Shown here one piece after another: positions 43,852 to 55,234 of a DNA stretch of 64,000 nucleotides. A program made the position numbers and the translations under genes. The notes under the pieces are model-generated. The model did not search any database and was not told the DNA's origin. It saw only the letters and a list, made by a program, of their open reading frames with translations. This stretch comes from Leptolyngbyaceae cyanobacterium (GTDB lineage: Bacteria; Cyanobacteriota; Cyanobacteriia; Phormidesmidales; Phormidesmidaceae), in the NCBI GenBank assembly GCA_965263355.1, contig CBDHHL010000056.1, forward strand, positions 2,176,001 through 2,240,000, read 5' to 3'. The stretch's first letter is position 1. Every line of letters begins with the position of its first letter.

Positions 43852-44239
43852 TCAATTTTGCTCCTGGCAGTCATCTAAGCAATCGGTTAAATTAGCTGCG
43901 CAGGCTGTCCAGCAATAGCTCATACTGAAACAGCTCGGCAATACAGTAGAGTCTTTTATTAAACCCTCAACTAAGGACAATCCGTAAGACGAATGCTAAG
44001 GTAAAATTTAATGTCTGTGCCAATTTCCGCTCGGAAACGACCGGATCTGTCAGAATGTTATTGAGCGAGGATGAGGGTAATTATCTATTTTTTGAGATTG
44101 CAATTTGACCACATTAGTGTCATCAATCGATAAAATTAGATGATTACTCATGTGCCCAAGGGTAAAATGTCATGTCGTTTCGATAAGGGCAGTAAGTCTA
44201 TGTGACACCTTTCTTTGAAAATTTGCGAGGAATATTTGG

Positions 44240-47221
44240 ATGAACAATGGCAAAGTCAGGATATATGAGTTATCTCGGGAGTTAGATTTAGACAATAAAG
44301 ATATTCTGGCAATCTGTGAACGCTTGGAAATTGCAGTTAAGAGTCATAGCAGTACGATTACTGAATCAGATGCAGAACGGATACGTGGAGCTGCCGCAGG
44401 AGCCCCAAAACGCTCCCTTCAAAAGCCGACTCCAAGGCCGAAGCAAAAACCTACATTAACCAAGCCTAAAGCGCCAAATCGTCCCGTCCGCAAACAGCAA
44501 ATTTTAGAGGTTAGACGTCACCAACCTTCCGCGCCACGCCCTCCTGAGAAAAAAGTTTCTCAACCTAAAGCACCTGAAAATGATTCGTCTGAGGCTCCTA
44601 CAGAAAATTTGAGGCAGCCACCAAGTCGACCAGGGCGGCCCAATAAGCCCGATATTAAACCTCCACAAAAGCCGGTTCCGCGTCCTACTACCGCTAGTTC
44701 ATCTGTTGCAGAGAAGCCTGTTGCAGAGAAGCCATCATCGCCAAAAAGTGCATCTGCTTCGACGCCAACGGCATCGACACCAAAACCTGTGCAGTCAAAG
44801 TTGGTATCACCGCCATCCCGTTCACCTGCACCAAGACCTAAGGCTGTCAAACGGAGTAGTAATGATGAACAAGGTGGAAAAATCTCGGTTACAGAGGTTG
44901 CCAATGGTGAAGCTAAAGCAAAACCGACCTTACTGAAGACAAAGCCTAGTCTGAAGCCAAAGCCTGTTATTGAGGCTCGTCGGCCAACTAAGCCCAGTGT
45001 CACTGAATCAAGTGAACCAGATACTAGTGATGAGTCAGGCATTGAAGAAAATGAAGCTCCTGTTCTAGTTGGTGCCCCTCGCCGTCCTGATGTGCGTCGT
45101 CCTGCAGCTCCAGCTAAGCCGCCCAAGCGAGGCAAACCACTGCGTGGTGAAAGTGAAGAAGAGGAAATGCGGCAACGGGCGAGTAAAAATGCGACGAAAA
45201 AACGCCGTGCTCAACGCCTTGATGAGGATGATGACATTGACGAGCTAGAAGCTGGTCTTGCTGGAGATAGCGCAGCAACTCCCATCAGTATTTCCTTGAT
45301 GCGACCTCCTAAGCCCAAATCTCATCAGACTCAGGCGAAACCTGCTGCAGTGAAGAGCCGATCTATGCCCAGCCGAGGGGGTTCATCACGTAACAATCGT
45401 CGCGATCGCAAAGTTGAGGTAGTCGAAGAAAAGCCAGAACTAATTGTTCTCACCAATGGCTTAACCGTCCATGAACTAGCCCAAGAAATCAAAGAACCTG
45501 AAACTGAGTTGATTAAGTTCTTGTTTTTTAAGGGCATTGCTACCAACATCAACCAAACCCTAGATATTCCCACTGCCAAAATGGTAGCGGAGGCATTTGA
45601 CATCGCAGTAGAAACCGCTGAGGCCGAATCCGAAGCGAAGAAAATTACCGAGATGTTGGATGATGACGACCTGGAGAATCTAAAACAGAGGCCTCCAGTG
45701 GTTACCATCATGGGCCACGTTGACCACGGCAAAACATCACTACTCGATGCGATTCGTCAAGCTAAGGTTGCTAGCGGAGAAGCAGGGGGTATTACCCAGC
45801 ACATTGGTGCCTATCATGTTGATGTTGAACATGATGAAGGTACTCGCCAAGTGGTATTCCTAGACACTCCGGGACACGAAGCGTTTACAGCGATGCGAGC
45901 ACGGGGTACACGGGTGACCGACATTGCAGTCCTGGTTGTAGCTGCAGATGATGGTGTACGCCCTCAAACTATTGAGGCCATTAGCCATGCTAAAGCCGCG
46001 AAAGTCCCCATTGTGACTGCAATCAATAAGATCGATAAGGAAACAGCCAGCCCTGATCGTGTTAAACAGGAGTTAATGGAACATGGTCTTGTGCCTGAGG
46101 AATGGGGGGGGGACAGTATCATGGTTCCGGTGAGTGCGATCACGGGTGAAAACCTGGACCTACTCTTAGAAATGCTCCTACTCCAGGCCGAAGTAGAGGA
46201 TCTCCATGCAAATCCAGACAGGCTTGCCAGGGGTACTGTAATTGAGGCCAACTTAGATAAAGCTCGCGGTCCGGTAGCTACCCTATTAATTCAAAATGGT
46301 ACTTTGAGGGTTGGAGACTCAATGGTAGTCGGCTCAGTCTTCGGCAAGGTACGGGCTATGCTTGACGATCGACTCAACCGAGTGGAGGCAGCATCACCCT
46401 CGTTTGCCGTAGAGGTTTTGGGGCTAAATGATGTACCCCAGGCAGGGGATGAATTTGAGGTGTTCGCCTCCGAGAAAGAGGCGCGAGCTGTCGCAGATGA
46501 GCGGGCTGCAGATCAACGACAGTCTAGACTACAGCAAGCCATGGCGTCTCGACGGGTTACTCTGAATACCTTGTCAGCTCAGGCACAGGAAGGTGAACTG
46601 AAAGAACTCAACATCCTTCTAAAGGCTGACGTACAGGGCTCCATTGAGGCAATTCTAGCGTCCTTACAGCAATTGCCACAGGATGAAGTACAAATCCGTG
46701 TGCTAATGGCAGCTCCGGGCGAAATTAGTGAAACAGATGTTGACTTAGCAGCAGCCAGTGGCGCTGTTATTATTGGCTTCAACACGACCTTAGCCCCAGG
46801 AGCACAGCAAGCCTCTGACCGCCTAGGTGTAGATATTCAAGATTATGACATCATCTACAAGCTTTTAGAAGATATCGAAGGCGCAATGGAAGGTCTGTTA
46901 GAGCCCGAATTAGTAGCAGAAGACCTAGGCGAAGTGGAAGTTCGAGCCGTTTTCCCAGTGCGCAAGGGTGCTGTGGCAGGTTGCTATGTGCTCTCTGGCA
47001 AAGTTACTCGCAACTGCAAACTACGTGTCATACGTAACGGTTCTGCAATTTACGAAGGCAATCTCGATTCCCTCAAACGAATGCGCGACGACGTGAAAGA
47101 AGTGGCTTCGGGCTTTGAATGCGGTATTGGCGTTGATAAGTTCAGTAATTGGCAGGAAGGCGATCGCATTGAAGCATTCAAGATGGTCACTAAGCGAAGA
47201 ACATTGGCAGGTCGTGCTTAA
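44240..47221 (+). CDS. infB: Translation initiation factor IF-2
   Basis: [40 protein letters not shown]. Confidence 0.98.
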   Translation: MNNGKVRIYELSRELDLDNKDILAICERLEIAVKSHSSTITESDAERIRGAAAGAPKRSLQKPTPRPKQKPTLTKPKAPNRPVRKQQILEVRRHQPSAPRPPEKKVSQPKAPENDSSEAPTENLRQPPSRPGRPNKPDIKPPQKPVPRPTTASSSVAEKPVAEKPSSPKSASASTPTASTPKPVQSKLVSPPSRSPAPRPKAVKRSSNDEQGGKISVTEVANGEAKAKPTLLKTKPSLKPKPVIEARRPTKPSVTESSEPDTSDESGIEENEAPVLVGAPRRPDVRRPAAPAKPPKRGKPLRGESEEEEMRQRASKNATKKRRAQRLDEDDDIDELEAGLAGDSAATPISISLMRPPKPKSHQTQAKPAAVKSRSMPSRGGSSRNNRRDRKVEVVEEKPELIVLTNGLTVHELAQEIKEPETELIKFLFFKGIATNINQTLDIPTAKMVAEAFDIAVETAEAESEAKKITEMLDDDDLENLKQRPPVVTIMGHVDHGKTSLLDAIRQAKVASGEAGGITQHIGAYHVDVEHDEGTRQVVFLDTPGHEAFTAMRARGTRVTDIAVLVVAADDGVRPQTIEAISHAKAAKVPIVTAINKIDKETASPDRVKQELMEHGLVPEEWGGDSIMVPVSAITGENLDLLLEMLLLQAEVEDLHANPDRLARGTVIEANLDKARGPVATLLIQNGTLRVGDSMVVGSVFGKVRAMLDDRLNRVEAASPSFAVEVLGLNDVPQAGDEFEVFASEKEARAVADERAADQRQSRLQQAMASRRVTLNTLSAQAQEGELKELNILLKADVQGSIEAILASLQQLPQDEVQIRVLMAAPGEISETDVDLAAASGAVIIGFNTTLAPGAQQASDRLGVDIQDYDIIYKLLEDIEGAMEGLLEPELVAEDLGEVEVRAVFPVRKGAVAGCYVLSGKVTRNCKLRVIRNGSAIYEGNLDSLKRMRDDVKEVASGFECGIGVDKFSNWQEGDRIEAFKMVTKRRTLAGRA

Positions 47222-47237
47222 TCGAACTCATCTTTTA

Positions 47238-47277
47238 CAGACTCAGGCAACACTTATATGATAGTCGCCTGAGTCTG
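47238..47277 (+). terminator. Hairpin after infB
   Basis: CAGACTCAGGC...GCCTGAGTCTG. Confidence 0.55.
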
Positions 47278-47413
47278 TCTGCAGCCGTATAGAAGAATAA
47301 GCGCAACTCGATACAAACCGTGACGATAGGCACAACATGTCTTAGACAGCTGCGTTATCGTAGACAAAGAAAGGATTGAATATTTCTTAAGTCAGTTGAC
47401 GCAGAGAACCCTT

Positions 47414-47608
47414 ATGGCTGCTATATCTTCTAATTTATTTAGCTCTGAAGACACAGATGTATGGTTGAATCTTCAGCGTGCTATTTGCAATAGTACTGGG
47501 TTTCAACGATGGAAATCAGAGCTGCCTACCGACACCTTGGACAAAATACCCTTAGAGCAGTTGGTCAGGCGTTACTTACGTGAGACATTGGAAACACTTG
47601 CCTACTAA
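47414..47608 (+). CDS. Small conserved hypothetical protein
   Basis: W.NL..AI..STGFQRW...VRRYLRETLETLAY. Confidence 0.7.
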   Translation: MAAISSNLFSSEDTDVWLNLQRAICNSTGFQRWKSELPTDTLDKIPLEQLVRRYLRETLETLAY

Positions 47609-47699
47609 CTATCAGCAGATAGTTTTAGAAAACTTAAGTCTAGGTATTTAATTTCTCTGAAATTCATCCATGATTGAAAATTATCTGGATGACTAACTA

Positions 47700-47773
47700 A
47701 AAAGGAAGGCTAAAAACCTTCCTTTTTGATATTTAAAATACTAAAGGCCCCTATCCAAAGATAGAGGCCTTTT
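47700..47773. terminator. Two tandem hairpins forming a bidirectional terminator downstream of psbA
   Basis: AAAAGGAAGG...CCTTCCTTTTT and AAAGGCCCCTATC...GATAGAGGCCTTTT. Confidence 0.7.
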
Positions 47774-47803
47774 CGACTAAGCTAGGTTACAAAACCAAGA
47801 CAA

Positions 47804-48886
47804 CTAGGCGTTGATTTGAGGAGCAACCATTGCAACAGGAGCAGCTTCACCAGCAGCCAAGTCTAGAGGGAAGTTGTGAGCGTTACGCTCGTGCATTACT
47901 TCCATACCTAGGTTGGCACGGTTGATTACATCAGCCCAAGTGCTGACAACACGACCCTGAGAGTCGATGATGGACTGGTTGAAGTTGAAACCGTTCAAGT
48001 TGAACGCCATAGTGGAAATACCCAGTGCAGTGAACCAGATACCAACTACAGGCCATGCACCCAAGAAGAAGTGCAAGGAACGGCTGTTGTTGAAGGAAGC
48101 ATACTGGAAGATCAAACGACCGAAGTAGCCGTGAGCTGCAACAATGTTGTAAGTCTCTTCTTCCTGACCAAACTTGTAACCATAGTTCAAAGACTCAGTC
48201 TCAGTGGTCTCACGAACCAAGGAGGAAGTCACTAGAGAACCGTGCATAGCGGAGAACAAGGAACCACCGAATACACCCGCCACACCCAACATGTGGAAGG
48301 GGTGCATTAGGATGTTGTGCTCAGCCTGGAAAACAAGCATGAAGTTGAACGTACCGGAGATACCTAGGGGCATACCATCAGAGAAAGAACCCTGACCGAT
48401 GGGGTAGATCAAGAATACTGCAGTTGCCGCAGCTACAGGAGCAGAGTAAGCAACACAGATCCAAGGACGCATACCCAAGCGGTAGGAAAGTTCCCACTCA
48501 CGACCCATGTAGCAGAATACACCGATCAAGAAGTGGAAAATTACTAGCTGGTAAGGGCCACCGTTGTACAACCACTCATCTAGAGAAGCTGCTTCCCAGA
48601 TGGGGTAGAAGTGTAGACCGATAGCGTTGGAAGAAGGAATAACTGCACCAGAAATGATGTTGTTACCCAAGATGAGAGAACCAGCAACGGGCTCGCGGAT
48701 ACCGTCAATGTCAACGGGAGGAGCAGCGATGAAGGCAATTACGAAACATGCAGTGGCAGCAAGTAGTGTGGGGATCATTAGTACGCCAAACCAACCTACA
48801 TAAAGGCGGTTCTCAGTGCTAGTAACCCACTCACAAAACTGATCCCACAGGTTAGCGCTTTCGCGCTGCTGTAGAGTAGTTGTCAT
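47804..48886 (-). CDS. psbA: Photosystem II D1 protein (standard form, Glu130)
   Basis: MTTTLQ..., [32 protein letters not shown] gives E130 (D1:2-like); Mn-cluster ligands intact. Confidence 0.99.
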   Translation of the reverse strand: MTTTLQQRESANLWDQFCEWVTSTENRLYVGWFGVLMIPTLLAATACFVIAFIAAPPVDIDGIREPVAGSLILGNNIISGAVIPSSNAIGLHFYPIWEAASLDEWLYNGGPYQLVIFHFLIGVFCYMGREWELSYRLGMRPWICVAYSAPVAAATAVFLIYPIGQGSFSDGMPLGISGTFNFMLVFQAEHNILMHPFHMLGVAGVFGGSLFSAMHGSLVTSSLVRETTETESLNYGYKFGQEEETYNIVAAHGYFGRLIFQYASFNNSRSLHFFLGAWPVVGIWFTALGISTMAFNLNGFNFNQSIIDSQGRVVSTWADVINRANLGMEVMHERNAHNFPLDLAAGEAAPVAMVAPQINA

Positions 48887-48921
48887 GATTTTATGAATCC
48901 TATGAATATTGTCGAGGTACG

Positions 48922-48978
48922 ACAGGTAGGGAATTCCCTACCTGTTTTTATATTAAAAGAAATAACTACTTTTGTAAA
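48922..48978 (-). promoter_or_regulatory. psbA promoter with palindrome at the likely transcription start
   Basis: TTTACA (48978-48973)-N17-TAATAT (48955-48950); perfect palindrome ACAGGTAGGGAATTCCCTACCTGT at 48922-48945. Confidence 0.7.
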
Positions 48979-49213
48979 CTTTTTAATCCTGAAATAATTT
49001 TAAGCACGGCATATCAAGCGGTGGTTATCGGCAAAGCAACCCAACCGAAAATCAGACTAAAACCTTTCCAGACAAATCTTTCAGAATATAAATTCAAGAC
49101 CCAAAGCCCCCCAAGTCACTGTAAGAAGCCTCTTATAGTTTGGATTTACATTCAATACTGATTTTAGAGTAGATACTCATTTTTTGTAACACTTAGCAAC
49201 GAGGTTAAATGTT

Positions 49214-50257
49214 TTGAACCTGACAATCACTTACAGTCCGGCATACACTCTAGTCCCAACTTACGAGTGTTTTAATCGATGCAGTTACTGTAATTTTCGT
49301 GTCCAACCTGGCACTGATACCTGGTTGAGTCTTGATCAGGCAAAGTCTCTAATCAAAGGACTAAAGGCCATTGAAATATTAATTCTCAGTGGAGAAGTGC
49401 ATCCTGGTAGCTCACGTCGTCGAACTTGGTTAGACCATATCCATCAACTTTGCCAGCTGGCAATTACCCAGGGTTTTTTACCCCATACCAATGCTGGGCC
49501 GCTAAGTTTCGAGGAAATGGCCTACCTAAAACAGGTCAACGTTTCTATGGGTCTGATGCTGGAACAATTAACTCCCGCTCTGTTAGATAGCGTTCACAGT
49601 CATGCACCCAGTAAGCGACCAGAGATCAGGCTGCAACAGTTGCATTGGGCTGGACAGTTAAAAATTCCATTCACTACAGGACTGCTTTTGGGAATTGGTG
49701 AAACTCAGGCAGATTGGGAAGAGACGCTGGTTGCGATCGCAAACCTGCATAATCAATACGGCCATATCCAAGAAGTCATCCTCCAACCTCATCAACCCGG
49801 AGCGTATCAGCAAATACCAGGTAATCCCTGCGATAACACTATGCTACTTGCAGCCATTCAATTAGCTCAACAGATTCTGCCAAAAGACATTGCCATTCAA
49901 ATTCCACCCAACCTAGTGCAATCAGCTCAGACGCTCATCACCTGCTTAAACATCGGAGCTAGAGATTTAGGCGGTATTGGACCCATCGATGAAGTTAACC
50001 CCAATTACCACCATCGGAGTCTGCCATCTCTACAAGATTTATTACAGTCTCACAACTACAATTTAAGACCACGGCTCCCCGTTTATCCCCAATATGATCA
50101 ATGGTTACCGCCCCAATTACAACAAAAAGTCCAGGTATGGCGAACCATCCTGGACAAATCAAACATCACCAGTAATCCGTCAAGCCTAAGATTTGGGATT
50201 GAGTATGTAAGGAGTAAACCGGATGAAGAGTCACTCTTTACCCTCTTCTACTCTTGA
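49214..50257 (+). CDS. cofG: FO synthase subunit CofG (radical SAM)
   Basis: TYSPAYTLVPTYECFNRCSYCNF, PHTNAG, PFTTGLLLGIGE, DLGGI; last ~29 aa come from a repeat element. Confidence 0.93.
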   Translation: MNLTITYSPAYTLVPTYECFNRCSYCNFRVQPGTDTWLSLDQAKSLIKGLKAIEILILSGEVHPGSSRRRTWLDHIHQLCQLAITQGFLPHTNAGPLSFEEMAYLKQVNVSMGLMLEQLTPALLDSVHSHAPSKRPEIRLQQLHWAGQLKIPFTTGLLLGIGETQADWEETLVAIANLHNQYGHIQEVILQPHQPGAYQQIPGNPCDNTMLLAAIQLAQQILPKDIAIQIPPNLVQSAQTLITCLNIGARDLGGIGPIDEVNPNYHHRSLPSLQDLLQSHNYNLRPRLPVYPQYDQWLPPQLQQKVQVWRTILDKSNITSNPSSLRFGIEYVRSKPDEESLFTLFYS

Positions 50258-50297
50258 GCAATACAGAATCCCATTTTTAGCTTTGACGATGCACTAG
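50169..50297. mobile_element. MITE-like element, copy 2 (overlaps the cofG 3' end)
   Basis: CCAGTAATCCGTCAAGCCTAAGATTTGGGAT...ATCCCATTTTTAGCTTTGACGATGCACTAG; shares ends and internal segments with 25815-25976. Confidence 0.72.
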
Positions 50298-50321
50298 TTA
50301 AACATCACATTCGAAAAGCAC

Positions 50322-51539
50322 CTAAATACGCCCACGTAGCATTTGCGCCATTTCATTTTGCCGAGGAGACATCTCTAAGGCTGTTTCTTCAGTAATACGC
50401 CCCGATTCATATAAAGCATAGAGGGACTGATTCATCGTACACATGCCATCAAAGGTACATTTTGGCAACAGAGCCTCTACCTCATCTAGCTGACCTCGCT
50501 GGATGTAGTCCTTGATCGCATCCGTATTGATCATGATCTCGTGAAAAGCCGCCCGCTTTCCATCGGTGGTACGACATAGGCCTTGTGACACTACAGCTAC
50601 CAGAGATTCAGCAATTGAGACTCGCACAGCAGCCTGCTGATCAGGCTCATACATACCTAAAATACGTTCCACAGTTTTAACCGCACTGTTTGTGTGCAGA
50701 GTACCAAAGACCAAGTGTCCGGTCTGAGCCGCTTTCAATGCAATATCGACGGTTTCACGATCTCGAATCTCACCGATCAGAATTACATCAGGATCCTCAC
50801 GAAGTGACGCCTTCAAGGCATTCTTAAACTCCAGAGTATGAATGCCAACCTCACGCTGCTTGATTAAAGACATCCGGCTAGTATGAACAAATTCAACCGG
50901 ATCTTCAATAGTAATGATATTCTTCGGCATATCTGTATTGACATAATCAATCATCGCTGCAAGCGATGTAGACTTACCAGATCCAGTTGGACCAGTCACC
51001 AACACTAATCCCTTGTGGTAATGGCAAATATCTTTCAGAACCACAGGTAGATTAAGCTGGTCGAGCGTCAAAATTTTCACCGGAATCAGACGCATCACCA
51101 TCGAAGGGCCACGCAAAGTATTAAAAATATTGATCCTCACCCGAGTGAAATCAAAGTGTGCAGCTCCATCAAAATCCATCGTCTGCTTAAAGTCTTGGAT
51201 TTGATCAGGCTTAAGTACCTCAGAAAGCCAGCTATAGAATATAGCTTCATCCGTCGCCGGATAGTCTGTCATCTCAATTTCGCCACGGTTACGAAAGCGA
51301 GGAACCTCGCCCACCCCTAAATGCACATCAGAAAAGCCTTTATCAAAGGCTTCACGAACAATACGTTCCAGAGTCAATCCACCGGAAACTCGAACACTTC
51401 CCGCCGACTTTGGCATTGGCGGAGGTGCAGCAGGACGTGCACCTCCCGCCCTCATTCCTGGCGGCGGCGGTGGTACAGCCCGCTTCGGTGGGGGAGGCGG
51501 AACAGACGGCATCGAGGAGGAGCGCTGTGAATCAGTCAT
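50322..51539 (-). CDS. pilT: Type IV pilus retraction ATPase (PilT2-like, Pro-rich N-terminus)
   Basis: GPTGSGKST, TIEDPVE, LREDPDVILIGEIRD, TGHLVFGTLHTNSA. Confidence 0.93.
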   Translation of the reverse strand: MTDSQRSSSMPSVPPPPPKRAVPPPPPGMRAGGARPAAPPPMPKSAGSVRVSGGLTLERIVREAFDKGFSDVHLGVGEVPRFRNRGEIEMTDYPATDEAIFYSWLSEVLKPDQIQDFKQTMDFDGAAHFDFTRVRINIFNTLRGPSMVMRLIPVKILTLDQLNLPVVLKDICHYHKGLVLVTGPTGSGKSTSLAAMIDYVNTDMPKNIITIEDPVEFVHTSRMSLIKQREVGIHTLEFKNALKASLREDPDVILIGEIRDRETVDIALKAAQTGHLVFGTLHTNSAVKTVERILGMYEPDQQAAVRVSIAESLVAVVSQGLCRTTDGKRAAFHEIMINTDAIKDYIQRGQLDEVEALLPKCTFDGMCTMNQSLYALYESGRITEETALEMSPRQNEMAQMLRGRI

Positions 51540-51732
51540 AGGACACCAAAAGCCTTCATTGAACGACGGGCAACATCAAGGAAACACGTCTGTGCCACTT
51601 TCACGTTGCAGACACACTTATCAATCATCCACAGCCTACCCAAAATTGCAACCTCAAGTAGCAGACCAGCACTAAGCGTCTTAACCAGGAGTACAGAGAA
51701 TTCCTGTGCTACCCTAGTCTAGCTGTCAAAAA

Positions 51733-51836
51733 TTCACACACTTGGATATTTCGGGTGTTTCAAAGGCTTTAGCAGATTTTAGTCTGCAGGTTTGCCATTG
51801 AAATACACGCCAAGTGGAGGTTTAACCCGAAAGGAG
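51733..51836 (+). promoter_or_regulatory. rpsB (S2) leader RNA
   Basis: CACTTGG/CCAAGTG stem plus TTTCGGGT/ACCCGAAA pairing (pseudoknot-like) next to the GGAG RBS. Confidence 0.6.
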
Positions 51837-51844
51837 ACAATTCA

Positions 51845-52696
51845 ATGCCTGTTGTAACGTTGGCTCAACTACTTGAGTCAGGGGTTCATTTTGGCCACCA
51901 AACCCGTCGTTGGAACCCTAAAATGGACCAGTATATCTTTACTGCTCGTAACGGTGTACATATTATTGATCTCGTTCAGACTGCCCAGCTTCTAGATAAT
52001 GCCTATGCATTTGTGCGCGGTGCATCTGAAAAGGGCCAGAAATTCTTGTTTGTTGGGACTAAGCGTCAGGCTGCTGGCATTGTTGCAGAAGAAGCCAAAC
52101 GCTGTGGGTCTTACTACATCAATCAGCGCTGGCTAGGTGGCATGCTGACTAACTGGACCACTATTAAAACCCGTGTAGAGCGTCTTAAAGAACTGGAACG
52201 GATGCAAGAAACAGGGGCTTTAGCACTGCGTCCTAAGAAGGAGGCAGCTGTTCTACGCCGCGAGCTAGAAAAGCTGCAAAAGTATCTGGGCGGTATTAAA
52301 CTGATGCGCCGCTTACCAGATGTCGTCATCATGGTTGATATCAAGCGCGAATACAATGCTGTTCAAGAATGTCAAAAGCTTGGTATTCCAATTGTTTCGC
52401 TGCTAGACACCAACTGCGATCCCGACGTAGTCGATATCCCAATTCCTGGCAATGATGACGCTATCCGTTCGATCAAGCTTATCCTTGGTAGCTTAGCCAA
52501 TGCGATCTATGAGGGTTCCCACGGTCAGGCACCTCAAGAAGATGGTGACGGAGACGACATTTATGCCGACTATCCAAGTGCCGAAGAAGATTATGATTAT
52601 GATGATGCCGCTATTCCAGCTGCTGGGGATTTCCCCGAGGCAGACGAAGTAGTAGTACCTGAAGCAGATGCTGCTCCTGTGGTAGAGAGCGAATAG
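51845..52696 (+). CDS. rpsB: 30S ribosomal protein S2
   Basis: [41 protein letters not shown]. Confidence 0.98.
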   Translation: MPVVTLAQLLESGVHFGHQTRRWNPKMDQYIFTARNGVHIIDLVQTAQLLDNAYAFVRGASEKGQKFLFVGTKRQAAGIVAEEAKRCGSYYINQRWLGGMLTNWTTIKTRVERLKELERMQETGALALRPKKEAAVLRRELEKLQKYLGGIKLMRRLPDVVIMVDIKREYNAVQECQKLGIPIVSLLDTNCDPDVVDIPIPGNDDAIRSIKLILGSLANAIYEGSHGQAPQEDGDGDDIYADYPSAEEDYDYDDAAIPAAGDFPEADEVVVPEADAAPVVESE

Positions 52697-52826
52697 TGCG
52701 CTCGGACTTTTGTATTTTGCATAGCAGCTGAGCCCTGACTAGGGCATCAGCTGTTGATGCTTTAAGCGCTGAGCCTAACTCTGAGCAAGAGTTTTGTCGC
52801 AATTAGTAATGTTAGTGTAGGAGAAG

Positions 52827-53573
52827 ATGATGGCAGGTATTTCTGCGAAACAAGTGAAGGAACTGCGCGACACTACCGGCGCAGGCATGATGGATTGTAA
52901 AAAAGCCCTGCAGGAATCGGATGGCGATCCGCAAAAAGCCATCGAATGGCTGCGTCAGAAAGGCATTACCTCAGCTGCGAAAAAAGAAGGCCGCATTGCT
53001 GCAGAAGGCCTAGTGGAAAGCTACATTCACACAGGCGGGCGTGTTGGTGTACTGGTAGAAATCAACTGCGAAACAGACTTTGTTGCTCGCCGTGATGAGT
53101 TTAAAACTTTGGCTCGTGACATTGCAATGCAGATTGCCGCTTGCCCCAATGTCGAGGTGGTTAGAACCAGCGAAATTTCTGAAGAATCCATTGCTCGTGA
53201 ACGGGAAATTGAAATGGGTCGCGAAGATTTAGCCAGCAAACCTGAAAAGATTCGTGCCAAAATTGTAGATGGGCGGATTGAAAAAGGTTTGAAAGAAAAA
53301 TCTTTAATGGATCAACCTTTCATCAAGGATCAAAACATCACGATTGAAGAACTGATCAAGCAGTCAGTTGCTACTCTGGGTGAAAACATTCAAGTCCGTC
53401 GCTTTTCTCGCTTTACCCTGGGTGAAGGGATTGAAAAGAAAGAGGAGAACTTTGCAGAAGAAGTAGCAGCTCAAACTGGACAAAAGAAAAAAGAGGAGAA
53501 ACCGGTCGCAGAAACGCCTAACGCCGAAACGGCAGACGCTAAAGTTGAAGAACCGGCTGCGGCTCCCGACTAA
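52827..53573 (+). CDS. tsf: Elongation factor Ts (C-terminal repeat tail continues out of frame to 53811)
   Basis: [40 protein letters not shown]. Confidence 0.96.
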   Translation: MMAGISAKQVKELRDTTGAGMMDCKKALQESDGDPQKAIEWLRQKGITSAAKKEGRIAAEGLVESYIHTGGRVGVLVEINCETDFVARRDEFKTLARDIAMQIAACPNVEVVRTSEISEESIAREREIEMGREDLASKPEKIRAKIVDGRIEKGLKEKSLMDQPFIKDQNITIEELIKQSVATLGENIQVRRFSRFTLGEGIEKKEENFAEEVAAQTGQKKKEEKPVAETPNAETADAKVEEPAAAPD

Positions 53574-53746
53574 CGCGGCTCCTACGGAAGAAGCTCCTAA
53601 CGTGGAAACGGCAGACGCTAAAGTTGAAGAACCGACTGCGGCTCCTACGGAAGAAGCTCCTAACGTGGAAATGGCAGACGCTAAAGTTGAAGAACCGGCT
53701 GCGGCTCCTACGGAAGAAGCTCCTAACGTGGAAATGGCAGACGCTA
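53508..53746 (+). repeat. 63-bp (21-aa) tandem repeat in the tsf tail, ~3.5 copies
   Basis: Units start at 53508, 53587, 53650 and 53713 and encode EEAPNVE(T/M)ADAKVEEP(A/T)AAPT; 16-bp insertion in the first unit. Confidence 0.92.
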
Positions 53747-53851
53747 AGCCTGCAAAAACGGCTGCGGCTTCTAAAACTGGGAAAAAGAAAAGTAAAAAGA
53801 AAAAGAAGTAGTCATTTTCAAACAAGGAATGATTTAATTTGGGTTTTAACT

Positions 53852-53884
53852 AGCAGGCAAGCAAATGAGCTTGCCTGCTTTTTT
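53852..53884 (+). terminator. Terminator of rpsB-tsf
   Basis: AGCAGGCAAGC-AAATGA-GCTTGCCTGCT then a T run. Confidence 0.8.
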
Positions 53885-54037
53885 ATATGGGCATCCTACC
53901 CTTGGTTTGAAGAACGATCATACCCATGCAAATGCCCCTTACCTATGAGGACATTTGCTATAGAGCCTATACTGGGATTTGCAGCATTAGATAATAGTGC
54001 TGTACTCAATGTCATTATTCTTTTTGTATCTGCGCGA

Positions 54038-55234
54038 ATGGTTAACGCAAGTGGTCATATTGAACAGCAGCTATCTAAACTTCAGAGGCAAACTGCTGAC
54101 ATTGCCACCGAGCTTGAAACCTTAGTCGATAAATATCTGCAAGTTCTAAGCGAAGCTAGCAAACGTCAGTTAGTTTTAGCGGCCTATCACATTTGCACGC
54201 AGGTTTACCCTGAAAATTTCTTAGAACTGAGCTTTTCACAACGGGATCGTTTACAGAAAAAACTGCGTGACCTGGGTAATCGTATCCAAGGACAGCTCAA
54301 TGACAAGTGGGAAACAGCTAAACGTCTCAGCTTACAACCAACTGAAGAAGACGGCCTAGCGGTTATCCGACAGCTTTTTCTGGAAGCAGCTTCAGTCAGA
54401 GAGCAACCTGAAAGGGAAAGCTCTAATGCCGAGCGCCAAAGTAGCATTAGTCCTGGCAATGAATCTGTTGATGATAGTCGTAATGATTCGGACGTAACCT
54501 CTGAGCAGTCAATCTCTACACAACGCTCCCAGGAAAAATTATTGGCTGAAATTCGTACCCTAATGGGTAGTGAGCCGATGGAAATGGCGCAACCGGATCA
54601 TGAGCAAACTGGTCCAATGCAACCAGCACAGCTGATGCGACGGCAGATTTTAATTGAAAAGGCAATTCGAGATGTGCTTAAGGCAATCTCGGAAAATGCT
54701 AATGAAATTTTGCAAAAGGCAAATGTGATGCCAGAAATACCCCATGGCCTTTTAAAGGCGACGGCAGAATCAGAGCGCCTGGGCCATATCCCCATCAAAA
54801 CGCCTAACTTGGTCAAATTAGCCATCAAGATCTTGCATGAACCACCAAAAGATAGGTTCGAGAAAAATGATGATGCATCGGAACTAGAAGCAGACGAGAA
54901 AGCAGATCCTTGGCCTGATGCTGAACTTTCAGCCGCTATCATTGATGAGAATACTATCTCTGAGTCTGACGTTGATGACTTAGAGAATCAAACAGACAAT
55001 TCTACATCCATGCCTCGCTTGCTACATTTAGAATCTCTGCCAGATTTTGTCATGATCCACCTAAGGCTCTCAGAGATAGAATTTGCTGAGACTAATGTCG
55101 CTGTTTGGCGTAGCCGTATCCGCAAAAAAATGGCCCACCTAAAGCAAATTGGGCATGCCTATAAAGATGCGGAACGACAGCTTGCGATCGCACAAGCCGA
55201 AGACGCATGGAGATCCAGCTGGACCAACGAGTAA
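54038..55234 (+). CDS. Conserved cyanobacterial hypothetical protein upstream of recG
   Basis: QLVLAAYHICTQVYPENFL, LRLSEIEFA, AEDAWRSSW; start placed at ATG 54038; TAATG overlap with recG. Confidence 0.75.
   Translation: MVNASGHIEQQLSKLQRQTADIATELETLVDKYLQVLSEASKRQLVLAAYHICTQVYPENFLELSFSQRDRLQKKLRDLGNRIQGQLNDKWETAKRLSLQPTEEDGLAVIRQLFLEAASVREQPERESSNAERQSSISPGNESVDDSRNDSDVTSEQSISTQRSQEKLLAEIRTLMGSEPMEMAQPDHEQTGPMQPAQLMRRQILIEKAIRDVLKAISENANEILQKANVMPEIPHGLLKATAESERLGHIPIKTPNLVKLAIKILHEPPKDRFEKNDDASELEADEKADPWPDAELSAAIIDENTISESDVDDLENQTDNSTSMPRLLHLESLPDFVMIHLRLSEIEFAETNVAVWRSRIRKKMAHLKQIGHAYKDAERQLAIAQAEDAWRSSWTNE

Noticed and set aside
44560..46785. Long antisense ORFs within infB (and similar ones in dnaE, nusA, kaiC)
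   Set aside because: Shadow frames of conserved genes caused by codon bias
47804..48886. Atypical (rogue or chlorophyll f synthase) D1
   Set aside because: Mn-cluster ligand motifs and the C-terminal processing site are canonical
53508..53746. CRISPR array
   Set aside because: Repeats are contiguous 63-bp coding units with no unique spacers, and no cas genes are present
53624..54037. N-terminal extension of the 536-aa ORF
   Set aside because: An off-frame reading of the tsf repeats that crosses a terminator; the real start is likely ATG 54038
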